DNA of 64,000 nucleotides, taken from the IMG/VR virus record IMGVR_UViG_3300050821_008607, positions 34,184 to 98,183 of that record. The stretch is one strand, 5' to 3'. Made by a program: the position numbers and the translations under genes. The DNA is from a virus. Positions 52,409-61,080 of this stretch are shown one piece after another. Every line of letters begins with the position of its first letter. Position 1 is the first letter of the stretch. The notes under the pieces are model-generated. The model did not search any database. It was not told where the DNA came from and saw nothing but the letters and a program-made list of their open reading frames with translations.

Positions 52409-53317
52409 GTGAGCATCGACGCCATGAAGTGGGTGATGGAGATCGCCCCGGCGTTTCCACCGCACCTCTTCAGCACCCTCACGGGGCTGGCGTGGCACGC
52501 CGACACGAAGGGACGGGGAAGCTACCCGTCCGTTGCCCGACTGGCCGCATACGGCTGCAAGGCACCCCGATCCGTCCAGCGCGACCTGAGGGAACTGGAG
52601 GAGCTGAAGATGATCCGCCTCGGTAACCAGAGCCTGGCCGAGCACATCCCGGCAGACCGCCGCCCTCCGGTGTACGACCTCGCGGTTGAGCGGGTGGTGG
52701 ACGGCGGCACTCGTGTTCCGCCGTGGTCCGCATCCGGTCGGCCGAAGCGAACAGCAGAACGGGGTGCCGTGGATGACACCCCGAACGGGGCGACACCAGC
52801 GTCACCCCGAAAGAAGAACGGGGTGACATCCACGACGGAACGGGGTGACGCCCATGGTTCGAACGGGGCGACGTACACGTCACCCAATCCTTCCTTTGAA
52901 CCGTCAGGTGAACCTCTCTCTCCCGACGCGCCCGAACCGACCGCCCCGGAGCCTCCCGCCGCCAGCGAGAGAGAGACGGAGGCTGCGCCCGAAAAGCCAA
53001 CCGCAGCACAGCGGGCCGTCCGCTCCAGTGGCGTCGTTTCCGCCGCCGAGGAGCAGGCGTTCATCGACTGGTGCACGGCCAAGTTCGACATCAAGGGGCC
53101 GGGCTGGTGGCGGACCTGCGCCGCCGACATCCCCGAGCACGCCGAGACGTGGCGGGCCAGCCACGCCAGCAGGAGCAGCCCCGCCTCCGGCCTGCCGGAC
53201 TGGTGCACCCGCTGCAACGACGGCGCGGAGGCTGCGCGCTACAACCCGAAGTTCCGCAAGACCTCGGACGGGGCGCTCTGCCGCGACTGTCATCCCGACG
53301 CCGCATCAGCGGCCTGA
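52409..53317 (+). CDS. phage replication initiator (HTH N-terminus)
   Basis: MSIDAMKWV...LAWHAD..G..SYPSVARLA...RSVQRDLRELE; internal iterons. Confidence 0.85.
   Translation: MSIDAMKWVMEIAPAFPPHLFSTLTGLAWHADTKGRGSYPSVARLAAYGCKAPRSVQRDLRELEELKMIRLGNQSLAEHIPADRRPPVYDLAVERVVDGGTRVPPWSASGRPKRTAERGAVDDTPNGATPASPRKKNGVTSTTERGDAHGSNGATYTSPNPSFEPSGEPLSPDAPEPTAPEPPAASERETEAAPEKPTAAQRAVRSSGVVSAAEEQAFIDWCTAKFDIKGPGWWRTCAADIPEHAETWRASHASRSSPASGLPDWCTRCNDGAEAARYNPKFRKTSDGALCRDCHPDAASAA
52757..52885 (+). repeat. iterons, putative replication origin
   Basis: GAACGGGGYGMC at 52757, 52783, 52816, 52838 and 52861, plus inverted GTCACCC. Confidence 0.8.
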
Positions 53318-53329
53318 GCAAGGATCACC

Positions 53330-54478
53330 ATGACCACCACGACCGGCTTGACCCTGGACGACCTGTTCCCACCGGAGGCGCTGGCCGCCGCGCTGGAGGC
53401 GCAGCACGTCACCCGTAAGCAGCACCCCGACCTGCCGCTGCACATCCTCACCTACACCCGGGAGTGCCAGTACGGGCACATCTGGACGCCCGTCACCATG
53501 CAGTGCCGCGGCCTGATAGCGGACGCCGGGGGCCGGATCGTCGCGTTCCCGTTCCCGAAGATCTTCGTGACGGCGATGCACGGCGTCCACGACTTCGCCC
53601 CGCCGCTGCCGGTCGACGAGCCGTTCGAGATCTTCGAGAAGGCCGACGGCAGCCTGATCATCGTGTTCCACTACGACGGCCACTGGCACGCCGCCTCCAA
53701 GGGCAGCTTCATCAGCGAGCAGGCCGACTGGGCGCAGCAGTGGATCGACGCCGCCGACCTCAGCCGGCTGGACCCTCGGCTCACCTACCTCGCCGAGGCG
53801 ATCTACCCGGCGAACCGGATCGTGTGCGACTACGGGCCCCGCGAGGACCTCGTGCTCCTGGCCGCGTACCGGCCCGCTGACGGGTCGGAGGAGCTGCTGT
53901 CGACGGTTGCCCCGCACTGGGCTCCGATCGGGTCGGTGATTCGCTCCTGGGGCCTGGACGACGACGTCAGCAAGCTGGAGGCCCTGGCCGCGGCGAGCGT
54001 CACGCTCGGCGGTGACGAGGTCGGCGGGACGGAGGAGGAGGGCTACGTCATCCGCTTCGCGTCCGGCCAGCGCGCCAAGGTCAAGCTGTCCGCCTACCTG
54101 ACGCTGCACAAGCTGTTCACCGGCACGAACGAGCGCACGATCTGGGAGGTGCTCGCCTCCGGCCAGGACCCGGCCGTGCTCTTCGACACCGTCCCGGACG
54201 AGTTCGCCGACTGGGCCCGCGGCATTGCCGACCGACTGCGCGCCGAGCACGGCCGACTGGTCCGCGAGGCTGCCAGCGCCTACGCCGACATCGTCGACAT
54301 CCAGCTGGGCACTCTCGACTTCACGCGCAAGGACTTCGCGATCGCCGCCGCCAAGTCCGACTGCCGCTCCGCACTGTTCCTGCTCCTCGACAAGCGCGAC
54401 GACGCCGTCAGGGCCTGGGCGTGGAAGCAGATCAAGCCCCGCGGCGACAAGCCCTTCAAGAACGACGAGGACAACTGA
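53330..54478 (+). CDS. T4 Rnl1-like RNA ligase
   Basis: CRGLI, PFPKIF, motif I EKADGSL, ASKGSF.SEQA, EAIYP.NRIV, EGYV, KVK. Confidence 0.9.
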   Translation: MTTTTGLTLDDLFPPEALAAALEAQHVTRKQHPDLPLHILTYTRECQYGHIWTPVTMQCRGLIADAGGRIVAFPFPKIFVTAMHGVHDFAPPLPVDEPFEIFEKADGSLIIVFHYDGHWHAASKGSFISEQADWAQQWIDAADLSRLDPRLTYLAEAIYPANRIVCDYGPREDLVLLAAYRPADGSEELLSTVAPHWAPIGSVIRSWGLDDDVSKLEALAAASVTLGGDEVGGTEEEGYVIRFASGQRAKVKLSAYLTLHKLFTGTNERTIWEVLASGQDPAVLFDTVPDEFADWARGIADRLRAEHGRLVREAASAYADIVDIQLGTLDFTRKDFAIAAAKSDCRSALFLLLDKRDDAVRAWAWKQIKPRGDKPFKNDEDN

Positions 54479-54480
54479 CC

Positions 54481-55398
54481 ATGCCCACGATCCACTTCAC
54501 GACCGGCCTGCCCGCCAGCGGCAAGACCAGCTGCGCCACCCGGCTCGTCCGCGACGCCAAGGGCAGCCTGCGCCGCATCAACCTCGACGACATCCGCGCC
54601 ATGCTCGACTCCGCCTACGGGCAGTCCGTCTGGACCCACCGCCACGAGGCGACCGCCCAGAAGATCCAGAAGGAGGCACTCCGGGCCGCGCTGTCCGACG
54701 GCTTCGATGTGATCGTCGACAACACGCACCTGACGCCACGAATGCCGGGCCGGCTGAAGTCGGTGCTCTCCGAGTTCGACGACCTCGCCTTCGAGGTCCA
54801 CGACTTCACCGGCGAGGACGTCGAGGACTGCATCTTCCGCGACGGCGGTCGTGCGAAGCCCGTCGGCGAGGACGTCATCCGCAAGCTCTGGCAGCGGCAC
54901 CAGTCCGCGACCAAGGGCGGTTGGCGGCTGACCGCGGAGTGGCTGGCGGACCGGTTCGTGCCGACGCTCTACGTGGCGGACGCCTCGCTCCCGGCCGCTG
55001 TCCTGGTGGACATTGATGGGACGCTCGCGCTCAAGGGCGACCGTGGCGTGTACGACTTCGAGCACTGCGGCCGGGACCACCTCAACAAGCCCGTCGCCCA
55101 TGCGGTCGGGCTGCTCCGCAAGGCCGGGGATCAGATCATCCTGCTGTCCGGCCGCGGCAGCGAGTACCGGATGCAGACCCTCGCGTGGCTTGTCGAACAC
55201 GAGGTGTGGTTCGACGAACTGCACATGCGCCCCGAGAAGGACACCCGCCGCGACGACGTCGTGAAGGCCGAGCTGTTCGACGCCCATGTCCGCAACCGGT
55301 TCAACGTCCGTATGAGCCTCGACGACCGGGACCGCGTGGTCTCGCTCTGGCGCCGGATGGGCCTGCCGTGCTGGCAGGTCGCACCCGGCAACTTCTGA
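54481..55398 (+). CDS. polynucleotide 5'-kinase/3'-phosphatase (T4 PseT-like)
   Basis: GLPASGKT, RINLDDIR, VDNT; HAD DIDGT, LSGR, DDR..VV..WR. Confidence 0.92.
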   Translation: MPTIHFTTGLPASGKTSCATRLVRDAKGSLRRINLDDIRAMLDSAYGQSVWTHRHEATAQKIQKEALRAALSDGFDVIVDNTHLTPRMPGRLKSVLSEFDDLAFEVHDFTGEDVEDCIFRDGGRAKPVGEDVIRKLWQRHQSATKGGWRLTAEWLADRFVPTLYVADASLPAAVLVDIDGTLALKGDRGVYDFEHCGRDHLNKPVAHAVGLLRKAGDQIILLSGRGSEYRMQTLAWLVEHEVWFDELHMRPEKDTRRDDVVKAELFDAHVRNRFNVRMSLDDRDRVVSLWRRMGLPCWQVAPGNF

Positions 55399-55437
55399 CC
55401 AGCTCCACCCAACTCACCCACAGATCAAGGAACCCTC

Positions 55438-55602
55438 GTGCATTCGTATGGATCTCTCGCCGGTACTGGCGCAGCCCTCAGCCTCTGGGGCATCGCCTAC
55501 GGGCAAATCTGGCTGGTCGCCAGCACCGTCACGCTCGTCGGCATAGGCGCCCTGGTCATCCGGGCCCGCTTCCGCCGCGGTCGCACTCCGCAGGACCACT
55601 GA
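55438..55602 (+). CDS. 54-aa peptide resembling a bare LAXTG sortase sorting signal
   Basis: MHSYGSLAGTG, hydrophobic helix, RARFRRGR; RBS AAGGA; TGATG overlap with GT2. Confidence 0.7.
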   Translation: MHSYGSLAGTGAALSLWGIAYGQIWLVASTVTLVGIGALVIRARFRRGRTPQDH

Positions 55603-57008
55603 TGCGTCCCCCGGTGGCGACCTACGCCTCCCGCCGGCGCACCGTCCTGCTCGCCACGCTCCCGATTGCCGGGTTCACCGGCTGGGCGGTGTGGCACGCC
55701 GTCACCGTCACCGCGGCGTTCGCCGGCCACGGCAACCGCCTGGCGCTCGCCTGGGCGTTCAGCTTCCTGCTGCTGTGGTGGGTGCCGCTCAGCTGGTTCG
55801 AGAAGCCCCGCAAGGTCACCTCGCGCCAGCAGCGCCAGCTGGACGACCTCACCGTGGTCGTGCAGATCCCGATCTACAACGAGGACGAGGCCGCGCTCCG
55901 GGCCTGCCTGGAGTCCGTCCTCGGCCAGACCCGCAAGGTCGACCGGGTGCGGGCGGTCGACGACGGCTCTACGGATCCGCTGGTCCACATCCGGGACTGG
56001 TTCCTGGCCGCAGCCGCCGCGGCGGGCATCGACGCGACGTGGCAGCGCACCGAGAACCAGGGCAAGCGGCACGCCCAGATGGAAGCCCTCGCCGACGACG
56101 ACTCGGACATCATCGTCACCCTGGACTCCGACAGCATCCTGGACGCCGCCGCGGTCGCCGAAGGCCTGAAGCCGTTCGCCGACCCGAAGGTCACTTCCGT
56201 GGCCGGGCTGGTCGCGGTGCTGAACACCAAGTCGAACTGGCTGACGTTCCTCACCGCGATGCTGTACACGCCGTTCACCCGCGGCTTCCGCTCCGCGCAG
56301 TCGGTGCTGAAGCGCGTCACCGTCAACTCGGGGACCCTGGCGCTGTACCGGGGGGAGGTCATCCGGCAGTACGCCGGGGTGTACGCCCATGAGACGTTCT
56401 GGGGCCGGCCGATGCAGATGAACGACGACTCAATGCTGACCCTGTACGGGCTTCTGCACGGGGACGCGGTTCACCAGCCGACGTGCGTGGCGTACACCCT
56501 CGTCCCGGAGTCCTGGTCGAACTACCGCCGCCAGCAGCTCAGATGGATGCGTGGGACGTTCGTGCGCACGTTCTGGTGGTGGCGCTACGCGCAGGTGACG
56601 TCGCCGGTGTTCTGGATGCCGCTGCTGGAGATGATCCAGCTGCTGCTGTCGGTGGCGATCCCGGTGGCGCTGCTGATGCAGCCGTCGGCGCGTGCTCATG
56701 CCGGTTCGCTGGCGGTGTCGACGCTGCTGGTGGGTGTGGGCGTGAACTGGATGATCTCCCTGCGCTTCTTCATGATCAAGCGGTCGGACGAGTCGATCTG
56801 GTTCCACATCGTCCTCGTGGCCTGCGCCCCGATCGCCGGAGTGTGGCGCATGTTCGTGGTCAAGCCCATGTACTTCTTCGCCCTGTTCACGTTCGCCAAG
56901 GTCGGCAACTGGGGCACCCGCGGCGGCGGTGTCGAGGTGGGCCTATCCGGGCCGGCCGCCCCGGGCGCACCGGTGACAGTCCGTCTGGATGATCTGCTCG
57001 ACGCCTGA
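55602..57008 (+). CDS. processive GT2 polysaccharide synthase (HasA/NodC/chitin synthase-like)
   Basis: IPIYNE, VDDGS, GKRHAQ, LDSDS, SGTLALYR, NDDSMLT, QQLRW; flanking TMs. Confidence 0.88.
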   Translation: MRPPVATYASRRRTVLLATLPIAGFTGWAVWHAVTVTAAFAGHGNRLALAWAFSFLLLWWVPLSWFEKPRKVTSRQQRQLDDLTVVVQIPIYNEDEAALRACLESVLGQTRKVDRVRAVDDGSTDPLVHIRDWFLAAAAAAGIDATWQRTENQGKRHAQMEALADDDSDIIVTLDSDSILDAAAVAEGLKPFADPKVTSVAGLVAVLNTKSNWLTFLTAMLYTPFTRGFRSAQSVLKRVTVNSGTLALYRGEVIRQYAGVYAHETFWGRPMQMNDDSMLTLYGLLHGDAVHQPTCVAYTLVPESWSNYRRQQLRWMRGTFVRTFWWWRYAQVTSPVFWMPLLEMIQLLLSVAIPVALLMQPSARAHAGSLAVSTLLVGVGVNWMISLRFFMIKRSDESIWFHIVLVACAPIAGVWRMFVVKPMYFFALFTFAKVGNWGTRGGGVEVGLSGPAAPGAPVTVRLDDLLDA

Positions 57009-57167
57009 CCGCCCCCGCCCCTGGCTGGCTGTCGGGGGCGGGGCGTGGTCCTGGTTTCCCGCTCCCACCTGCGGGTTGGGTCACCCGAAAGCCGCACGAT
57101 CAAGCCGGTTCGCGCGAGACACTGGAACCACCACAAACCTGTATCAACTACCGCGAAAGGTAAGCCC

Positions 57168-57533
57168 ATGCCCGATCTGTCCAAGGCTGCCGTCAAAGCC
57201 GTCTACGGCGAGTTGATGTGGCCCGAGTTCAGCCAGACCGCCGAGCGCCACGGCACGACCCAGGAAGAGGCGTTCCGCCTGCTGGACGAACTGATCGCGG
57301 AGGTCCGGGCCGACGCCTTCCGTGAGGCAGCCGACCTGATCGAAACCAAAGCCGCAGCGGTCCTCGACGCGATCCCCGAGGACGAGCAGAACCCCAGCGA
57401 CCAGGACCGGTACCAGGAATGGCTGAGCGCCGGGGACGTGCTGCGCGGCGCGGGCAAGGTCGTCGGCCTGTGCAAGCCGCCGCAGCACTCGACGTCGACG
57501 GAGAGCCCGTGCGAATGCGAGGACCAGCGATGA
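57168..57533 (+). CDS. hypothetical protein
   Basis: RBS AAAGG; EAADLI motif. Confidence 0.6.
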   Translation: MPDLSKAAVKAVYGELMWPEFSQTAERHGTTQEEAFRLLDELIAEVRADAFREAADLIETKAAAVLDAIPEDEQNPSDQDRYQEWLSAGDVLRGAGKVVGLCKPPQHSTSTESPCECEDQR

Positions 57534-57847
57534 ACGGGCCGGACCACTACCGCAAGGCCGAACGTCTGCTCGCGATGGCAGAGCAGGGCAGCACGGGCAC
57601 CGTCGATCTCACCGATGGCGAGATCGGCCGGATGACTGCGGGGGCGCAGGTCCATGCGACGCTCGCGCTCGCTGCCGCCGCAGCCACACAGTTCGTCATC
57701 GACGCCCCCGACACCCGCATCGGCGAGGACTGGGAGGACGCCATGTCCGAACCCCGCGACGAGGACGACGACACCAGCTACGCCGGGACCGGGGCGCCGA
57801 TGGCCCAACCCGGACCCGAGCCCGCGTTCGCCGAACCCCCCGCCTGA
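57530..57847 (+). CDS. hypothetical protein
   Basis: MNGPDHYRKAERLL...AQVHATLALAAA. Confidence 0.7.
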   Translation: MNGPDHYRKAERLLAMAEQGSTGTVDLTDGEIGRMTAGAQVHATLALAAAAATQFVIDAPDTRIGEDWEDAMSEPRDEDDDTSYAGTGAPMAQPGPEPAFAEPPA

Positions 57848-57916
57848 CCCCGCCGGCCTGTCCGGTCCGCTCACCGCGCCACCCGAACTGTGCCACTGAC
57901 CCGAACGGAGACCCGC

Positions 57917-58369
57917 GTGACCCTGGCCATCGACTTTGACGGTGTGATCCACCAGTACTCGAAGGGCTGGTACGACGGCACGATCTACGACCCGCCCATG
58001 CCCGGCGCCATCGAGGGCCTGCGCCAGCTCATGGAGCAGCACGCCGTGTTCGTGTTCACGACCCGTGAGCCCGAGGCGGTCATGCCGTGGCTGGAGTCCT
58101 ACGGCTTCGACGTCACCATCGACGAGCGCTGCGGGCAATGCCTCGGCGACGGCGGCGTCCAAAACCTTGACGCCGACTCGCGGCCGGCGCGCACCGAGAA
58201 CCCGTGCCGGGACTGCAAGGGCAGCGGCCTGCTGACGTTCTGGAACGGGCGTGGCCAGCTGCTCGTCACCAACCGGAAGCTTGCTGCGACCGCGTATCTC
58301 GACGACCGGGCGGTGCGGTTCACGGACTGGCCGCAGGCGTTGGACGCCTTGGCCACGCCCACCCACTGA
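57917..58369 (+). CDS. HAD-family phosphatase with inserted Zn finger
   Basis: IDFDGVIH, FTTR, K.A..YLDDRA; CGQCLGDG...CRDCKGSG insert. Confidence 0.8.
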   Translation: MTLAIDFDGVIHQYSKGWYDGTIYDPPMPGAIEGLRQLMEQHAVFVFTTREPEAVMPWLESYGFDVTIDERCGQCLGDGGVQNLDADSRPARTENPCRDCKGSGLLTFWNGRGQLLVTNRKLAATAYLDDRAVRFTDWPQALDALATPTH

Positions 58370-58427
58370 CCCCCGCCCCCCGTGCCGTCTGGCGTGTGCC
58401 GGGCGGCCAAACCGAAGGAGACCCGCT

Positions 58428-58904
58428 GTGCATGATCCGCTTGTCGTCGCCTTCGAGATCCGGCGCCCATGGCCCAAGCGCGACAGCTGGAAGACCGAGC
58501 TGGCCAAGCGCAACGGCACCCGCTGGCAGCTTCGCGGCCCGTACTTCGTCGTCGCCGGGCATGGCCTCTACTGGCCCTGCATGGTCACGGTGTGGCATCG
58601 CGAGCCCGGCGGCCACGACAGCCTCACCGTCTGCGGACGCCGAACCCAGCGCCCGGACGGCACCTGGCATCAGCCCCGCACGTGGCGGTTTCACGTCCAC
58701 CACTGGCGGGTCCAGGTCATCCCGTTCCAGAAGGCCCGGCGCAGGCTGCTCACTCGCTGCGCTGAGTGCGGCGGCAGGTCGACGAAGGCGCGCCCGATCA
58801 GCATTGGCACCTGGGGCCGGGAGCGCGGGCCCTGGTGGCGCGGCGAGACCGGCATGAGGCACATGAACTGCACCACCACCAGCAAGGAGCAGAACCGTGG
58901 GTAG
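58428..58904 (+). CDS. hypothetical protein
   Basis: VHDPLVVAFEIRRPWP...TVWHREP.G.D...WRFHVHHW; RBS GAAGGAG. Confidence 0.7.
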   Translation: MHDPLVVAFEIRRPWPKRDSWKTELAKRNGTRWQLRGPYFVVAGHGLYWPCMVTVWHREPGGHDSLTVCGRRTQRPDGTWHQPRTWRFHVHHWRVQVIPFQKARRRLLTRCAECGGRSTKARPISIGTWGRERGPWWRGETGMRHMNCTTTSKEQNRG

Positions 58905-59478
58905 GCCCCGCAAGCATCACCCGAAGTCCCCGAAGCCCAAGCCATCCGGCGTCGTCACGGTCCTGTCCGACCTGGCTCCTGACGGCCGGACCTACATCGC
59001 TACCGTGCAGCTCGACGGCGACACGGCCCGCACCCTGAACCGCGACGGCGGCTTCGCGTGGGCCAGCACCGTCCTGGACGTGGCCGCGCGGGCCGAGCAT
59101 GACGCCCTGGTCCTACGCCAACTCCATCACGCCGTCGGCATCCCGCTGCACCTCGCCGCGAGCTGCAGCGGCGACCTGCGCGCCGACCGGCCGCCAGTGG
59201 ACGACGCGGCGACGGTGCCGCTGCGCCTGGAGCCGGGCGTGAACGCCAAGGGCGAGCCGTTTATCGGCGTGCACATCAACGGCGCCCAGGTCGGCCAGTG
59301 GACCTGTCAGGACGCCCGCGATCACGCGCAGGGGATCCTGGAGGTGCTGTCGGCCGTGGACTTGGACGCCGCCTACTTCCGGTACCTGATCGGCACGCTC
59401 GACATCGACCCGGCGCAGGCGCGCGGCATCGTCGGCTCGCTCATGGACCTGCGCCCCGGGGCGGCCCCTGATGCCTGA
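58897..59478 (+). CDS. hypothetical protein
   Basis: 193 aa; RBS AAGGAG. Confidence 0.7.
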   Translation: MGRPRKHHPKSPKPKPSGVVTVLSDLAPDGRTYIATVQLDGDTARTLNRDGGFAWASTVLDVAARAEHDALVLRQLHHAVGIPLHLAASCSGDLRADRPPVDDAATVPLRLEPGVNAKGEPFIGVHINGAQVGQWTCQDARDHAQGILEVLSAVDLDAAYFRYLIGTLDIDPAQARGIVGSLMDLRPGAAPDA

Positions 59479-59617
59479 ACTCCTCGCCGCCCTGCTCCTG
59501 GCCGCTGGCCTCCTCGCGCCGGCCTGTCACCGTCCCGCCGACCCGGACCGGCTGCTCGCCATCTCCGAGCAGATGGGGCAGGGGCAGCGGGCGCTCAACT
59601 ACCCCAGCCAGTCCTGA
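59471..59617 (+). CDS. small lipoprotein-like peptide
   Basis: MPELLAALLLAAGLLAPAC. Confidence 0.4.
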   Translation: MPELLAALLLAAGLLAPACHRPADPDRLLAISEQMGQGQRALNYPSQS

Positions 59618-59628
59618 AGGAGAACCCG

Positions 59629-59892
59629 ATGGACCTGACCACCCTGCGCGCTGAGATCGCCAAGCTCGACCACCTGCCTGGAGAGACGCTGATCGTCATG
59701 TCGAAGGACGGCGAGGGCAACGGGTACTCGCCCCTCGCCGACCTCGACGAGGCCATGTATGCGGCGGAGACGACGTGGTACGGCGAGCGGTACCTGTCCG
59801 ATGAGCAGCGGGCTGCCGAGCGAGACCCGGACGACTACTCGCAGGCCCCGGACGACGCGGTTCCGGCCGTGTTCCTGTGGCCGACGAACTGA
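59629..59892 (+). CDS. hypothetical protein
   Basis: MSKDGEGNGYSPL...VFLWP; strong RBS. Confidence 0.7.
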   Translation: MDLTTLRAEIAKLDHLPGETLIVMSKDGEGNGYSPLADLDEAMYAAETTWYGERYLSDEQRAAERDPDDYSQAPDDAVPAVFLWPTN

Positions 59893-59990
59893 CGCTGACC
59901 TGCGCGAACGGGTCTGGCGAAAGCCCGGTGACACGACGTCAGACCTGAGACAATGAACTGCCACATAACGGGAGATAAGGGATCACCCTC

Positions 59991-60401
59991 ATGACCGAGA
60001 CTCCAACCCGCCGCAGCCAGCCGTCCCGGGGCGTTGGCCCGATCGGCGTCGGCATGCCCGCCAGCCTGCACCTGGACGCATTCGGCCGCGAGATCCACGA
60101 CGCCTACGACTCGTTCCCGATGCTCGTCGGCTCCTCCGCCACCAGCAAGACGTGGCGGGACGTGGACCTGCGGCTGATCCTGCCCGACCCGCAGTTCGAC
60201 GAACTGTTCCCCAGGATGGTCGCGCCGGCCAGGACGAACCCGATGTGGTCCCTCCTGTGCGCTGCCCTGTCGGAGCTCGGCCGGGTCCGCACGGGCCTGC
60301 CGATCGACTTCCAGATCCAGCGCATGACCGACGCCAACAAGCGCTACGACCAGACACACGTCCGGTACGCCGTTGGCCTGTACGTGGACGGTGGACGATG
60401 A
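59991..60401 (+). CDS. minimal nucleotidyltransferase-like protein
   Basis: LVGSS.....RDVDLRLIL...PIDFQIQ (pol-beta GS/DxD/D signature). Confidence 0.7.
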   Translation: MTETPTRRSQPSRGVGPIGVGMPASLHLDAFGREIHDAYDSFPMLVGSSATSKTWRDVDLRLILPDPQFDELFPRMVAPARTNPMWSLLCAALSELGRVRTGLPIDFQIQRMTDANKRYDQTHVRYAVGLYVDGGR

Positions 60402-60634
60402 CCTTCGCCGAGTTCGTTCAGCCCGGGAACTACAACCGCTCCGACGGCAACACGGTCTGCGGCCACAACATCGTGGTCGGGCCGGGGGCGTGCGTGGAGT
60501 GCCATGCGCTGACCGGTGAGCACCAGCAGAGCGGCTGCACGTGCGACCTCGATGCCTACGACGCCCAGCAGGCGGAGAACTGGGCTGAGGCGTCCATGGA
60601 GCGCGCCAGGGCAGCACGAGAGGCTGCCCGGTGA
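60398..60634 (+). CDS. hypothetical Cys-containing protein
   Basis: coupled on both sides. Confidence 0.5.
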   Translation: MTFAEFVQPGNYNRSDGNTVCGHNIVVGPGACVECHALTGEHQQSGCTCDLDAYDAQQAENWAEASMERARAAREAAR

Positions 60635-61080
60635 GCGCCATCGACGACCTGGCGGCCACCGTCCGGGCCGGACTGGACGCTGACCTCCGGATCGCGGTCA
60701 CCGCCCGCCAGTTGGTCGGACGAGAGTGGGACCTGCACCTCAACGAACGCGGCGACGGCGCAATCATGCACGAAGGCAACATCATCGCCTGGGTCGACAC
60801 CCACCCATCCGTTGACGACCTCATGCGGGGCATCCTGCACCGCGAGGTGGCAGAGCACGTCGTCCGGCACGACCCGGAAAGGGTGTTCGCCGAGATCAGG
60901 GCCAAGCGGGCCCTGGTCGAGCAGCTCCTCCTCGAGAAGCACCGACTGTGGGAGTCGTGCGCCGCCAAGGACCACTCGGACAACCCGCTCTACAGCGAGA
61001 TGCCCTGCACCTGCGGCCGGGACGCCCGGGTCACCGCCTACCTCACGCTCCTCGCCCAGCCCTACCAGGAGACGACGTGA
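60631..61080 (+). CDS. DUF6221-like protein
   Basis: HVVRHDPERVFAEIRAKRALV...LLAQPY. Confidence 0.75.
   Translation: MSAIDDLAATVRAGLDADLRIAVTARQLVGREWDLHLNERGDGAIMHEGNIIAWVDTHPSVDDLMRGILHREVAEHVVRHDPERVFAEIRAKRALVEQLLLEKHRLWESCAAKDHSDNPLYSEMPCTCGRDARVTAYLTLLAQPYQETT

Noticed and set aside
55185-55601. N-terminal extension of the 607-aa GT2 ORF
   Set aside because: Overlaps Pnkp and the LAXTG peptide gene; the real start is the coupled ATG at 55602
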